Below, one piece after another: positions 39,215 through 50,100 of a stretch of DNA of 64,000 bases (its first letter is position 1; every line of letters starts with the position of its first letter). Source of the stretch: Nitrospinales bacterium (lineage in GTDB: Bacteria; Nitrospinota; Nitrospinia; Nitrospinales; JAJDAT01); assembly GCA_038154245.1 (NCBI GenBank), contig JAYOZP010000005.1, positions 7,307-71,306 of the forward strand, read 5' to 3'. The notes under the pieces are model-generated. The model searched no databases. It had not been told where the DNA came from and saw only the letters and a list, made by a program, of their open reading frames with translations. The position numbers and the translations under genes are program-made.

Positions 39215-40981
39215 TTGCAGAAATTGCCATCATCACGGCAATCAGATTTTCTATTAAACTTAATGACTGTAGTCTCAACTGAAATACAAAAAGACTTTTT
39301 GAGCGTCCAGCGCAAAGACTTAAAAATCCTCTTGGTCTATCCTAACACTTGGGATGTTGCGATAGCTAATTTAGGTTTCCAAAGAGTTCACTCCATTTTA
39401 AACGGAATTGACGGCGTTCAATGCGATATTTTGAGCCTGCCTAATAATTGGAAACCCGACGTTCAAAGTCTCCATAGCGACGATCTTCGTTCGCGGGAAA
39501 TGAATCTCATCCCGCAGGATTTTGATATGATCGCCTTCTCCATTTCGTTCGAACCAGATTATCTAAACGCGGTCCTTCAACTAAAATATTTTAATATCCC
39601 GCTTGAGCGAGATGAAAGAAATAATTCTCATCCGTTAATTTTAGCTGGCGGTTCGGCCATATTTATTAATCCCGAACCTATGGCGCAAATCGCAGATGCC
39701 TTTTTTATTGGGGAGGCCGAAGGTCTTGCAGAAAAATTCTTCGATTTATTTGTTCAAAATGATTTTGACGATCCAAGAAATTTACTCCAAAAAGCCTCAA
39801 AAATAAAAGGGATCTACATTCCTCATCTATATGACGAATTGTATGAAAAAGGAACCCCTCAAAAACCAATGTCGGCTCTTGCTCATGAGTTCCCATTAGT
39901 CGAACGTTATTGGGTAGAAAATGAGCTCTCCCTGCAAACGCATTCGGAAATACATACAGAAACATCGGTTTTTAAAAATATGTCGTTAATGGAAGTTACT
40001 AGAGGTTGTATATGGGCCTGCCGCTTTTGTACTGCGGGGTTTATTTACCGCCCTCCACGACTTCCAGATTTAGACAAAACCTATGACTCCCTAACCAAAA
40101 CTTTAGAAAAACAGGGAAAAGAAACTAAAACAATCGGTTTAGTAGGACCATCGGTCACAGACCATCCACAGTTAGTGTCTTTGACGAAAAGGCTCGTTGA
40201 AGATGGGAAAGCCTTATCTTTTTCTTCGCTTAGAATGGAAACGCTTACAGATGAATTAATCGATCTGATGAAACAAAGCGGCCAAAAAACTATTACAGTA
40301 GCGATGGACGCGCCATCCGAAAGAATGCGTAACGCTGTTAATAAAGCGGCAACGGATCAATTTATAATCGATAAATGTCGATTTCTTGCGGAAAAAGGCA
40401 TCTTACATTTGAAATTATATTCAATCATTGGATTGCCAAACGAAACTGACGAGGATATAGATCAATTCATAAAAGTCATAGGAGACGTACAAAAGGGCTA
40501 TCTAGAAGCTTCTAGAAAACATGGCAGAATCGGCAATTTGACTATAGGCCTTAGCCCTTTTATCCCAAAACCCGGCACTCCTTTTCAATGGCACCCCATG
40601 GAAAGAGTTTCGGTATTAAAGAAACGATTCATGAAAATACGCAAAAGTTTATCAAAACTCCCTAACGTTAAATTGAGCTTTGGTTCTCCAAATGAAGCGT
40701 ATCTTCAAACCTACCTTTCAAAAGGCGGCAGAGAATTAATCGATTTCTTTAAGAGCTTTTTAAATTCGGGGCACGACGAAAAAAAAGCGCTAAATAATTG
40801 CCTTCCTAAACCCGACGACGTTGTTTATAGACAATATCAACAAAACGACTTTTTGCCTTGGGATATCATTGACCACGGTTACAGAGATAACTTTCTTTGG
40901 AAAGACTATCAACGCGGTTTGATGGAAACCCAAACACCTGCCTGCGACACAGCTACCTGCCATGTCTGCGGAATTTGCTAG
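39215..40981 (+). CDS. B12-binding-domain radical SAM protein
   Basis: TTG 39215 (alternative ATG 39263). N-terminal KILLVYPN... cobalamin-like domain. Radical SAM core EVTRGCIWACRFC. Confidence 0.8.
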   Translation: MQKLPSSRQSDFLLNLMTVVSTEIQKDFLSVQRKDLKILLVYPNTWDVAIANLGFQRVHSILNGIDGVQCDILSLPNNWKPDVQSLHSDDLRSREMNLIPQDFDMIAFSISFEPDYLNAVLQLKYFNIPLERDERNNSHPLILAGGSAIFINPEPMAQIADAFFIGEAEGLAEKFFDLFVQNDFDDPRNLLQKASKIKGIYIPHLYDELYEKGTPQKPMSALAHEFPLVERYWVENELSLQTHSEIHTETSVFKNMSLMEVTRGCIWACRFCTAGFIYRPPRLPDLDKTYDSLTKTLEKQGKETKTIGLVGPSVTDHPQLVSLTKRLVEDGKALSFSSLRMETLTDELIDLMKQSGQKTITVAMDAPSERMRNAVNKAATDQFIIDKCRFLAEKGILHLKLYSIIGLPNETDEDIDQFIKVIGDVQKGYLEASRKHGRIGNLTIGLSPFIPKPGTPFQWHPMERVSVLKKRFMKIRKSLSKLPNVKLSFGSPNEAYLQTYLSKGGRELIDFFKSFLNSGHDEKKALNNCLPKPDDVVYRQYQQNDFLPWDIIDHGYRDNFLWKDYQRGLMETQTPACDTATCHVCGIC

Positions 40982-41023
40982 ATCGTTAATAAAAAATCCC
41001 ACAACTTTTAACTCTACTACCAA

Positions 41024-41362
41024 GTGGAATCGTATAAAGAATATGTCCTGGACCAATTAGGCGGTTTAGACGGAGTTCGTTGTAGGAAGATGTTTGGCGG
41101 GTACGGAATTTATTATCAAGATTTATTTTTTGCGATCATTAGCGGCAGTCGCTTGTATTTCAAAACTGATTCTGTAACCGCAAAACAATATCAAGACTAT
41201 GGAATGGAACCTTTTCAACCTAACGTCAAACAAAAATTAAAAAATTACTACGAAGTTCCCGAGGAAATTCTTGAAGATGAAAGAGCGCTAATTCAATGGG
41301 CGAGAAGATCGGCAGAATGCAGTAAACCCCCACCGAAGAAAACCAAAACTAAAAAGAAATAA
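41024..41362 (+). CDS. TfoX N-terminal-domain protein
   Basis: GTG start. RKMFGGYGIYYQDLFFAII and a basic C-terminal tail. Confidence 0.75.
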   Translation: MESYKEYVLDQLGGLDGVRCRKMFGGYGIYYQDLFFAIISGSRLYFKTDSVTAKQYQDYGMEPFQPNVKQKLKNYYEVPEEILEDERALIQWARRSAECSKPPPKKTKTKKK

Positions 41363-41369
41363 CCGGATG

Positions 41370-41885
41370 CTATGACAAGCTCTCCTGAAACTCTAAACGG
41401 TTTAAAAATAATAGTAAAATCCCCCCTATCCCCGGCGAAAAAACAATAAAGGAAGTTCCCAAAGTCGTAAACCCGACAAAAAACGCTACGATCCCCAATA
41501 AGAAGCCGTTATTTTCATGAAAAAACATTTTATCAGGGCTTTGGAAACGAGATCGCATAACAACAAAAAAACGCCCCGCCCAAATAGCCGCCACAGAAAT
41601 CCCCATTGCCGATATTACTAACGCTAAGTAAGAAAACGGAAAAAAAGTTAATAAAACATGAACAGAATAAAACGCGACTGTACCCAAAACCACTCCCATC
41701 CAAGGAGTAACCCGCTTCATCCACATCCCTATTACACTTCCTACCATCCAAGAAAAAGCCACCGTCATATAGGTCAAATAAGCGGAAGAAACATTGATTT
41801 GCAAAATCGCCAAAAAACAAAATTGCAAAATCGAAAATTGAAGCCCGGTGACAAAAGCTAGAGTAGCGCGTTTAATCATAATCAA
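41370..41885 (-). CDS. polytopic membrane protein (5-6 TM)
   Basis: 171 aa, hydrophobic throughout. 14-nt overlap with the upstream spermidine-synthase-like gene. Confidence 0.55.
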   Translation of the reverse strand: MIMIKRATLAFVTGLQFSILQFCFLAILQINVSSAYLTYMTVAFSWMVGSVIGMWMKRVTPWMGVVLGTVAFYSVHVLLTFFPFSYLALVISAMGISVAAIWAGRFFVVMRSRFQSPDKMFFHENNGFLLGIVAFFVGFTTLGTSFIVFSPGIGGILLLFLNRLEFQESLS

Positions 41886-43383
41886 AATAACGGTCTGTAA
41901 ACCGCTCCCATCCCCTACGTAACACCAAATCTAATTCGTTAATAGATAGCGGAACCGCTCTTTTTAAATATCGTTGAACTCTTAATGGAGAAATAACCTT
42001 AAGCCTTGGTTCAAACGTACTAGTTAACTTTTTTATGTCGTCTTTTTTAAAAGGCAATTTTTGCGAAGCGTAAGCGAAACTTCTATCAGCTTTAGAACTT
42101 TTTATAACCATTACTTCTTCAAAGACCTCCGCTAAGGCGGCGGTTACACGAGCGGGAGTTCTATTATTTTTTTGCAAAGGTCCGCTAAGTTGAACAGCCA
42201 AAACTCCGTTTGCGGTCAAACGTTCTTTCACAAGACTATAAAATTCTTGCGTGTGCAAAACCGCTTCTTGGATAGTTAACGGAGAAGGGATATCCATAAT
42301 GATCAGATCGTAAGACTCCTCTTGAGTCCAGAGAAAATGTTTACCATCGTCTTCAAATAACCGCCAATTTTTTAAAGGAGCTAATTTATCTTGAGACGTA
42401 AAGAAACGTTTTCCTGCGGCAAGAACTCCCGGGTCTAATTCAACAGACGTCAGACGTTGTGAAAGTGGGTACACCACAGGAGCGGACGAAAGCGTTCCAT
42501 TACCAATAATCAAAGCGTTATCTGGGCGAGTTAATTCGGCTGGGACGTAGGCAATATAAAAATTTAAATATTTTAAATCACCTTCGTTGAGATTTAATAA
42601 TCCGTCTAAGTAAAGGTACTTTTCATTTTTATAATCCTCAATGACTTCGACTTTTTGATAAGGAGAATTAACCGAATACAATATTTTTGCGCCATGCTTT
42701 CCATGTTTTTTTTCATATAAATATTCAGAACTAGCTTTATCTAAATCATCCAAATAAAAACTAACGATTAAGGCAGCGACGAAATAACTTATTGTCCAAT
42801 ATCTTTTTCCTGTCGCCAAAAAAAGGACGGCACCCAAAACAGGCCAATATAAAAAAAGAATTGCCGAAACGGGTTTATTCATACTCCAACCTACAGCGGC
42901 AAATCCTGCGCAGAACCCTAAGAGCTCAAGCGTATAGAATATTTTCAAGCGTAATTCAGGGGACCATTCATTGTCGAAAGAAATTAATCGAGGTAAAAAA
43001 GCGGCAAAAAGAAAGCTAAAAATAAGTGCATAGACAAACAAAAGTAGAAGTAAAACAAATCCTTGTCGGTCGCCCAAAGAATCTATCCAAACAGCTAGAT
43101 ATCGATATGAAAATGGGAATGTTAAATGCAGGAAACCTAAAACTAAAGCGAAAGCTTTAAAAAAACTTTGGGAAAACTTTAAAGAGAAAAGATAACCAAT
43201 GGATAAACCCGAAAAAAATGCGGCAGTCACCAGGATAATGGCAACTTCTTCTCCATAAATGATAGTCACAAAATCTCTAACCATCACAAACTGGGTAACG
43301 CTTAAACAAAAACCTACTAGAAATATTAAAATTCCATTTTTTAAGCTATTTATCGTTTGGCTTGGCTCCAAAGCGTTATCCAT
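41872..43383 (-). CDS. fused polytopic-membrane / spermidine synthase-like protein (paralogue of 25318..26799)
   Basis: About 7 TM helices, then ALIIGNGTLSSA, SVELDPGVLAAGKRFF, DLIIMDIPSP. Confidence 0.8.
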   Translation of the reverse strand: MDNALEPSQTINSLKNGILIFLVGFCLSVTQFVMVRDFVTIIYGEEVAIILVTAAFFSGLSIGYLFSLKFSQSFFKAFALVLGFLHLTFPFSYRYLAVWIDSLGDRQGFVLLLLLFVYALIFSFLFAAFLPRLISFDNEWSPELRLKIFYTLELLGFCAGFAAVGWSMNKPVSAILFLYWPVLGAVLFLATGKRYWTISYFVAALIVSFYLDDLDKASSEYLYEKKHGKHGAKILYSVNSPYQKVEVIEDYKNEKYLYLDGLLNLNEGDLKYLNFYIAYVPAELTRPDNALIIGNGTLSSAPVVYPLSQRLTSVELDPGVLAAGKRFFTSQDKLAPLKNWRLFEDDGKHFLWTQEESYDLIIMDIPSPLTIQEAVLHTQEFYSLVKERLTANGVLAVQLSGPLQKNNRTPARVTAALAEVFEEVMVIKSSKADRSFAYASQKLPFKKDDIKKLTSTFEPRLKVISPLRVQRYLKRAVPLSINELDLVLRRGWERFTDRYFDYD

Positions 43384-43387
43384 TAAC

Positions 43388-44077
43388 CTAGTTTAGGCGG
43401 GCGTTAAAGGACTCCGGAGCGCTTTGCGAGAATTTTAAAATTCTTAATTTGATGTCTAGCTCCGTTAATACAAAATTCGCTCTCTTGACGACATCGATTT
43501 CTTCCAATACAGATTGTTTTTGTTCCGTTTTTAAATCCATTCCATAAACTATTTTATCTATCACTTCGCTCAAAGCGCTAGCCTGCTCAATCAACTTAAG
43601 AGGATTATTTGGGGAACTTTTTATTTTGGGATGAATGCTAACCCATTCCGAAAACTGAGTTTTCGCTTTTTCAGCTAATTCATCATCTGATTTGCTATCG
43701 TTGATTTCGGTTAGAAAATCTACATTTGCTCGACGATAAGGTTCTCCTTTTACTTCTTCCAAAATTTTAAAGCGACTTAAACCGGTTAATTCAATGTTAA
43801 ATTTACCATCTGGAAGAGATGTGATTTTATCCATCCGTCCAACGCAACCTATTTGAATTATATCTGGATTTTCGTAATATGAATTTTCCCAACCCGGCGC
43901 CAACAAAACCATTCCAATTAGTTGGTTTCCCGCTTGAGCGTCGCTAACCATTTTTCGATAGCGAGGCTCAAAAATATGGAGCGGTAATACTGTTCGAGGA
44001 AAAAATACCGTCGACGGCAATGGGAAAATAGCTATAGGATTGGATAAATCTTCAGTTTCCATAGTTACATCTCTCAA
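43388..44077 (-). CDS. LON N-terminal (substrate-binding) domain protein
   Basis: IFPLPSTVFFPRTVLPLHIFEPRYRKMV. No ATPase or protease part. 4 nt upstream of the next gene. Confidence 0.85.
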   Translation of the reverse strand: MRDVTMETEDLSNPIAIFPLPSTVFFPRTVLPLHIFEPRYRKMVSDAQAGNQLIGMVLLAPGWENSYYENPDIIQIGCVGRMDKITSLPDGKFNIELTGLSRFKILEEVKGEPYRRANVDFLTEINDSKSDDELAEKAKTQFSEWVSIHPKIKSSPNNPLKLIEQASALSEVIDKIVYGMDLKTEQKQSVLEEIDVVKRANFVLTELDIKLRILKFSQSAPESFNARLN

Positions 44078-44237
44078 AAATTTTTAATCCCACAAGTGGG
44101 TATATTCCCCGCAACTTGTCATGTCCTTTAAAATAACACTTTTTTAGGAGCAATTACCTTCAGTCTTGCAGCGGGTCCATTCATTATTTGCCGAAAATTA
44201 TACTCAAACTTTTTATGAACGTTGAATTCGTTGACAA

Positions 44238-45662
44238 TTGGCTAGAAGTTGCTTAACCTTTTTCATAATGACGACCTCTCCTGAAGAATTTTGCCTTAAA
44301 GTTCGAACTTCTTTGATTCAATCTGGAATCTTTTCAGAAAATGGGACCGAAAGAAGTTGGCGAATTTCCCCAAAGCCTTTTGAATTATCGAAAGAAGACA
44401 GCGCGTTTTTTTTGGATCTTGGCGATCATTTATTAAGCTTTTACAAAACTCTCAACAGTTTTTATTTTGAAAGTTTAAAAGATCGTTTCCCTTCCTGGCT
44501 CGCTCAATATCTAAATAATGGCAAACCGTCAGATTTGCTAGATTTTAGTCAAATGAAGCGATTTAAATCACATTTGCCAGGAATTATCCGACCCGACGTT
44601 ATTGTAACAGAAGATCGATTTATTGTTACCGAACTAGATTCAGTACCTGGAGGTTTTGGCTCTTTAACCCAATTAATGGAATTGTATCAAAGATCTTTTG
44701 ACTCTCTTATGGGAATAGAAAATGGCGGCATCCTGTCATTATTCGCCTCTATGATTCAAGAAACTGCGGGGAAGGAAAACCCAACCCTTGCTATCGTGGT
44801 TTCCGACGAAGCTAAGGACTATTTGGAAGAAATGAAGTTTTTAGGAAATCGATTAAATGATGCAGGCCTAAAAACTCATGTCATACACCCCAAAGATATA
44901 ATTTTTGAGGAAGAAGGGCTATTTGTCCAAAACTCTCAAGAAAAAGAGAAAATTGACGTACTTTATCGTTTTTTTGAGCTTTTTGACCTAAAAAACATAC
45001 CAAAATCAGAATTATTGATATATAGCGCTAAAAAAGGGAGAATAAAAACTACTCCACCTTATAAGCCATTTCTTGAAGAAAAGCTTAGTTTTGCGTTATT
45101 TAAACATCCTGCTCTTAGAAGTTTTTGGGAAAAAGCTCTGGGGTTTGAAACCTTTCAAAAGTTATCACATCTAATTCCTAGAACCTGGATTGTCGATAAT
45201 CAAGAATTGCCTCCACATGCAACAATCCCAGGATTAGAAATAAAAGGAAATCAGATTCAAAATTGGAGCGAATTATTCAACCTGACTCAAAAGGAAAGAG
45301 AGTTTGCGATCAAAGTCTCAGGTTTTTCTCCAAAATCATGGGGCGGCAGAGGAGTTACAATTGGCCACGATGTCGCAGGCCAAGTTTGGGAACAGACAAT
45401 AAAAGATTCTTTGGAAGGTTTTTCCAAAGAAACGGCTATTTTACAAGAATTTCATAAGGGTAAACGCTTTCGGGCTTCATATCTTGATTTTGAAGGCAAT
45501 ATCAAAGAAATGGAAAGTCGCGTAAGGCTCACGCCCTATTATTTTGTCGTTGGAGGCCAGGCAAAATTAGGCGGCATATTGGCAACTTTATGCCATAAAG
45601 ACAAAAAAAAGATTCATGGAATGACAGATGCGATTATGGTCCCCTGCTCTGTAGCTCAATGA
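44238..45662 (+). CDS. ATP-grasp-superfamily-like protein (glutathionylspermidine-synthase-like / circularly permuted ATP-grasp), function unknown
   Basis: IRPDVIVTEDRFIVTELDSVPGGFG, YKPFLEEKLSFALFKHP, ILQEF. Assigned from motif recall only. The in-frame ATG at 44268 is the more likely start. Confidence 0.45.
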   Translation: MARSCLTFFIMTTSPEEFCLKVRTSLIQSGIFSENGTERSWRISPKPFELSKEDSAFFLDLGDHLLSFYKTLNSFYFESLKDRFPSWLAQYLNNGKPSDLLDFSQMKRFKSHLPGIIRPDVIVTEDRFIVTELDSVPGGFGSLTQLMELYQRSFDSLMGIENGGILSLFASMIQETAGKENPTLAIVVSDEAKDYLEEMKFLGNRLNDAGLKTHVIHPKDIIFEEEGLFVQNSQEKEKIDVLYRFFELFDLKNIPKSELLIYSAKKGRIKTTPPYKPFLEEKLSFALFKHPALRSFWEKALGFETFQKLSHLIPRTWIVDNQELPPHATIPGLEIKGNQIQNWSELFNLTQKEREFAIKVSGFSPKSWGGRGVTIGHDVAGQVWEQTIKDSLEGFSKETAILQEFHKGKRFRASYLDFEGNIKEMESRVRLTPYYFVVGGQAKLGGILATLCHKDKKKIHGMTDAIMVPCSVAQ

Positions 45663-45748
45663 TTAGCTAGAGAAATAACTTAACGGTATTTTTGAGGAAC
45701 CCTAATTACAATTAAATCTCAACAACGATTTTTAAGAAAACAAACCTT

Positions 45749-45994
45749 ATGCTAAAACTTTATAACATTGACGGTTGTGGATATTGCGCGATGGTACGCG
45801 ACGTATTAGCAAAAATGGGACTGGAATACGAAAAGATTGACGTCGCATGGCCATTTTCGGAGAGGAAAGAAGTTTTCGAAGTTTCTGGGCAACATACTGT
45901 GCCGGTATTGGTTGACGGCGATACAGTTCTTGCCGACGAGTACGAAATTATCGACCATCTCAAATTAAATTACTCGCAAACTTCGACAAAATAA
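45749..45994 (+). CDS. glutaredoxin-like small thioredoxin-fold protein
   Basis: 81 aa. KLYNIDGCGYC CxxC near the N-terminus and TVPVLV. Ends 10 nt before the KamA gene. Confidence 0.75.
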   Translation: MLKLYNIDGCGYCAMVRDVLAKMGLEYEKIDVAWPFSERKEVFEVSGQHTVPVLVDGDTVLADEYEIIDHLKLNYSQTSTK

Positions 45995-46004
45995 AAGGAA
46001 TTCC

Positions 46005-47132
46005 ATGGAAACCTGGCAAAAACAGTTAAGCCAAAGTGTAACAAAAGTTAAAGACTTGCCTTTCCTGGCCAATACTTCTGAAGAATATAAAGAAAAATTG
46101 GAAAAAATTGCAAAAAAGTTTCCTATAAGAATTAACTCTTATTTTTTGGAACAAGTTAAAAGCTCCAACGACCCTTTATGGAAACAAGTTGTTCCTACAC
46201 TTGAAGAAATGGACGATTGGCTTGACGATGAGGACCTTCAAGAAAGCGACCCGCTAAACGAAGAAGGCGACATGCCTGTTCCTGAACTGGTTCATAGATA
46301 CCCAGATCGGGTATTATTAATGCTTAATAATCAATGCCCTATAATTTGTAGGTTTTGCACTCGCAAACGGAAAATCGGGTTTCCTGGAATAGTAACAAGA
46401 GAAACACTTCGCCAAGGTATTGAATACATTAGAAACCACACCGAAGTAAGAGACGTAATTATGTCTGGAGGAGATCCACTTCTTGTTCCAGACAAAGAGT
46501 TGGAAAGAATTTTAGGAGAATTACGCTCAATTCCTCATTTGGATATTATTCGCATAGGCACAAGAGTTCCGGGGACTTTGCCTGAACGGGTTACGGAAAA
46601 ATTATGCGCAATGCTAAAAAACTTTCACCCGTTGTACGCAAATTTACATTTCAATCACCCAGCGGAAATTACGCCCGAAGTTGAAAAAGCGTGTAATCGA
46701 CTTGCCGATACAGGAATTCCATTAGGAAGCCAAACGGTTCTCTTAAAAGGCGTTAACGACGATCCTAAAATCATGAGAGAACTGGTTCACAAACTTTTAA
46801 AAATTCGCGTGAAACCCTATTATATTTACCAAGCTGATATTACGGCGGGAGCAACGCATTTTCGAACGGCTGTCGAAAAAGGATTAGATATTATCAGGGA
46901 CCTAATGGGTCATACTTCGGGGATGGCAGTGCCTTATTTCGTCATTGACGCGCCAGGCGGCGGCGGAAAAATTAGACTACTGCCGAATTCAGTTATCGAA
47001 CACAACAAGCACGAAGTAATCGTAAAAAATTACGAAGGAAAGATTTATCGCTACCCACAACCTCGCCAAAAAGAAAAAGTCGCCGCTCCTTCTGGAAACG
47101 GAAACCACGCGCCTATGTGCGAAATCGCTTAA
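46005..47132 (+). CDS. kamA: lysine 2,3-aminomutase family radical SAM enzyme (KamA/EpmB-like)
   Basis: CPIICRFCTRK cluster motif, SGGDPL, YYIYQADITAGATHFR. Confidence 0.85.
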   Translation: METWQKQLSQSVTKVKDLPFLANTSEEYKEKLEKIAKKFPIRINSYFLEQVKSSNDPLWKQVVPTLEEMDDWLDDEDLQESDPLNEEGDMPVPELVHRYPDRVLLMLNNQCPIICRFCTRKRKIGFPGIVTRETLRQGIEYIRNHTEVRDVIMSGGDPLLVPDKELERILGELRSIPHLDIIRIGTRVPGTLPERVTEKLCAMLKNFHPLYANLHFNHPAEITPEVEKACNRLADTGIPLGSQTVLLKGVNDDPKIMRELVHKLLKIRVKPYYIYQADITAGATHFRTAVEKGLDIIRDLMGHTSGMAVPYFVIDAPGGGGKIRLLPNSVIEHNKHEVIVKNYEGKIYRYPQPRQKEKVAAPSGNGNHAPMCEIA

Positions 47133-47163
47133 CCAATTCTCTTCAAAATTTTTTACAACAAGT

Positions 47164-50100
47164 TTAATTCAAATTTACAGAGACAATTTTGGAAACGCCG
47201 CGTTCTTCCATCGTAACGCCATATAAAATATTGGCGAAAGACATGGTTCGCTGATTGTGAGTAATCAAAATGAACTGCGTTTTCTCGGTTAACTCCTGCA
47301 ACATGGTTTGAAACCGAACTACGTTAGGTTCATCCAAAGGAGCGTCCACTTCATCAAGAAAACAAAATGGCGTAGGTCTTATTTTTAGGAGGGCAAATAT
47401 GAGGGAGAGAGCAGTCATTGCCTTTTCACCGCCCGATAACAAACCTAAGTTTTGCATCTTCTTGCCTTGCGGCTGAGCAAAAATTTCAACGCCAGATTCT
47501 AATGGATTGTTTTCGTCGCATAAGCTCAAATGCGCTTTACCTCCCTGAAATAATCGAGCATATATTTTAGAGAACTGTTCGTTTACTTTGGTAAAGGTAT
47601 CGGTAAACCTCTCTAAAGTGGTTTGATTTATTTTATCAATAGCCTGTGTCAAGGTTTCCATAGATTCAGTTAAGTCCTGCTGTTGTCTAGAAAGGAAGGT
47701 ATATCTCTCGTTAGCTTGTTCATATTCTGAAAGAGCCGCCAAATTTACTTCGCCCATCCTTTCAATCTTGCGCCTTAACTCGCGTAAATGTTCTTCGATC
47801 TCCGCTTCATCGTCTATTTTTTCATTATAGTTTTCTAAAATTTCTTCCAAAGTCACATTAAAATCATTAAACGCTTGCTCTTGAAAATGCGCCGACTGAA
47901 TTTTAATTTCCGATCTTCTAAGTTCGTGACGAGATAAAACTTCGGCATTTTCTTGAAACTCTTTAAACAAAGACTTAGACTCTTTTTCCGCATCGTCTAA
48001 AATATTATCTTTTTCACGAAACATTTCTTCTATTTCAACCAACGTTTCGCTAGATTCGTCTTTTTCACGCGCTTTAACAATAATCTCTTTTTCTATCTCT
48101 TCTATCTCGCCTTTAAACTGAATTATTTTCTCCACATTATCTTTGGTGTCTTTTTCTCTTTTTTCAACGCGAATTTCGTAATTTTCTTTTTGAGCGATCA
48201 AACGTTTAATATCAGACAAAATAATATCGCGCTTACCCTTCAAAGAAGCGATCAAAACTTTCTGAGAATTCAAATCGGAATTATTTTTTTCAAGTTCTTC
48301 CCTAATAGCTTCTAAGTTTGACTTCGCTTTTTCTACTTCGCTTTCTATTTGTCCTCTTTCCGACTCTAATTCAGACAAAGACAACCTCATTGAATCTCTT
48401 TCTTTAGCCAATTCTTCTAATTCCATTTCACCCGAAGAACGCTCATAATCTAAAGCGGAAAGTTTACGATCCAATCTCTCTAATTCTTTTTTAACTTGTT
48501 CAAGGTCTTTTCGTCGCCCTTCTTTTTCAACTTCCATGTCATGCAATTGAGGCCGAATTTCGGATAATTGTCTTTCTAATTCCGCCAATGATTCGCCAAC
48601 TGTCTCTTTAGCTTCTTTGGCTGATTCCATCTTGGCTCGTAAGATTTCAATCTCTTCTTTTAGCTCTTCCAACTCTCTTTTTTGGGTCAACAACCCCGAA
48701 GAACCACTCTTAATATTACCGCCTGAGACAACTCCCTGAGAATCAAAAATTTCTCCAGCTTGCGTTACTACGGCTCCTTGGAAACCGGGTTTAGTATATA
48801 GTCCCAACGCCGTTTCTAAGTCTTCGACAAGAACAACGTCCCCTAAAAGGTGATCCACGATTGATTTATATTCCGTCGGGCATTCAACCATATCTTTCAG
48901 CTTACCTCTGACAGCAGGATTTCCATTTAAAACTATCGGCGGTTTTTCAAAAGATCGGGGCACTTTGGGAATAAAAGAACCTCTACCAGATTGATTGGTT
49001 TTCAAATAATTAATCGCTTGGAGACTATCGCTATAAGAATCAACAATAACGCTTTGCAGGCGATTGCCCAACACCGCTTCTAAGGCAGGTTCAATTTCCT
49101 CTGGAGCTTTCAACACATCAACCATTATTTCCAGCAAACCCGGCAACCTATCTCCATTGGTATTCGACATTAAAACTTTAACGCCTTCGTCGAACCCTTC
49201 AAGTTTTTGACGAAGAGCTTTTAACGAATCAAAATAAGAATTGCGAGCAAAGTATTCTTCGCGAATCTTTTCATATTCCTCTTCGCGCGCTTGAAGTTGA
49301 TTTTTGCAATTCTGGATATTTTCCTTAACGTCTTCTTCGCGCGATCTCAAAGCTTCCAAAGCGTTACATTTTTCTTCAAACAAAGTTTCGGAACTTGTTG
49401 CTAAAGCTTCTGTTTTTTCTTTTTCTTCTAATGATTCTTGACGCTCGCGCTTTAGCTTCTCCGCCCGCGATTCAATATTTTCTATCCTCGTATCTAAAAC
49501 AGAACACGCGTTGTTTTTCTGAGATAATTGAGCGTAAATCTCGCGACCTCTATTTTCTTTATTCCTTAAAAGGTTCTCCTCTGCACGCAGAGCTTCTCTT
49601 TTATCTTCAGTCCTTTTAGCCAACTCATCGCAAGTATTTTCTTGAGAATCTATTTCTTCCGCAACTTTTCCTAACTCTGCCCGTTGGGTAATCGTGTCTG
49701 ACTCCAACTCATGAATTTCCCTTTTCATTTCAGAAATTTCGTTTTCGGCGGAGCTGGAATCTTTTTCTGCCGCATCAACCTGAGTCTGCTTCAACTCAAT
49801 ACTGTGTTCGTCTTTAGAGATTTGACTTGCAAGGCTTTGAATAGAGTCTTTTCTATGTTCAATTTGAATTTGAAGTTCGCTAATTTCTTCTTTTAGCTCT
49901 TCAATTTTATTCTCTACCGTAGAAGACGACGAAGTTAATTTAACTTTTTTCTCTTCTGTAACCGTTAATTCTTTTTCTAATTTTTCTAATTCTTTTTGAA
50001 AAAGACGAAGCTTTTGAGAAAAAAGATTTAAAGAGAAGTTCTTTAGTTCCGCTCTATATCGTTTATAACGTTCTGCCTTATCGGCTTGTCTTTTCAAAGA

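Noticed and set aside
44238-44253. A sigma-54-like TGGCTAGAAGTTGCTT motif.
   Set aside because: The GG-to-GC spacing is one nucleotide shorter than the TGGCAC-N5-TTGC consensus. The motif also lies only ~16 nt from the likely ATG (44268) and inside the longer ORF.
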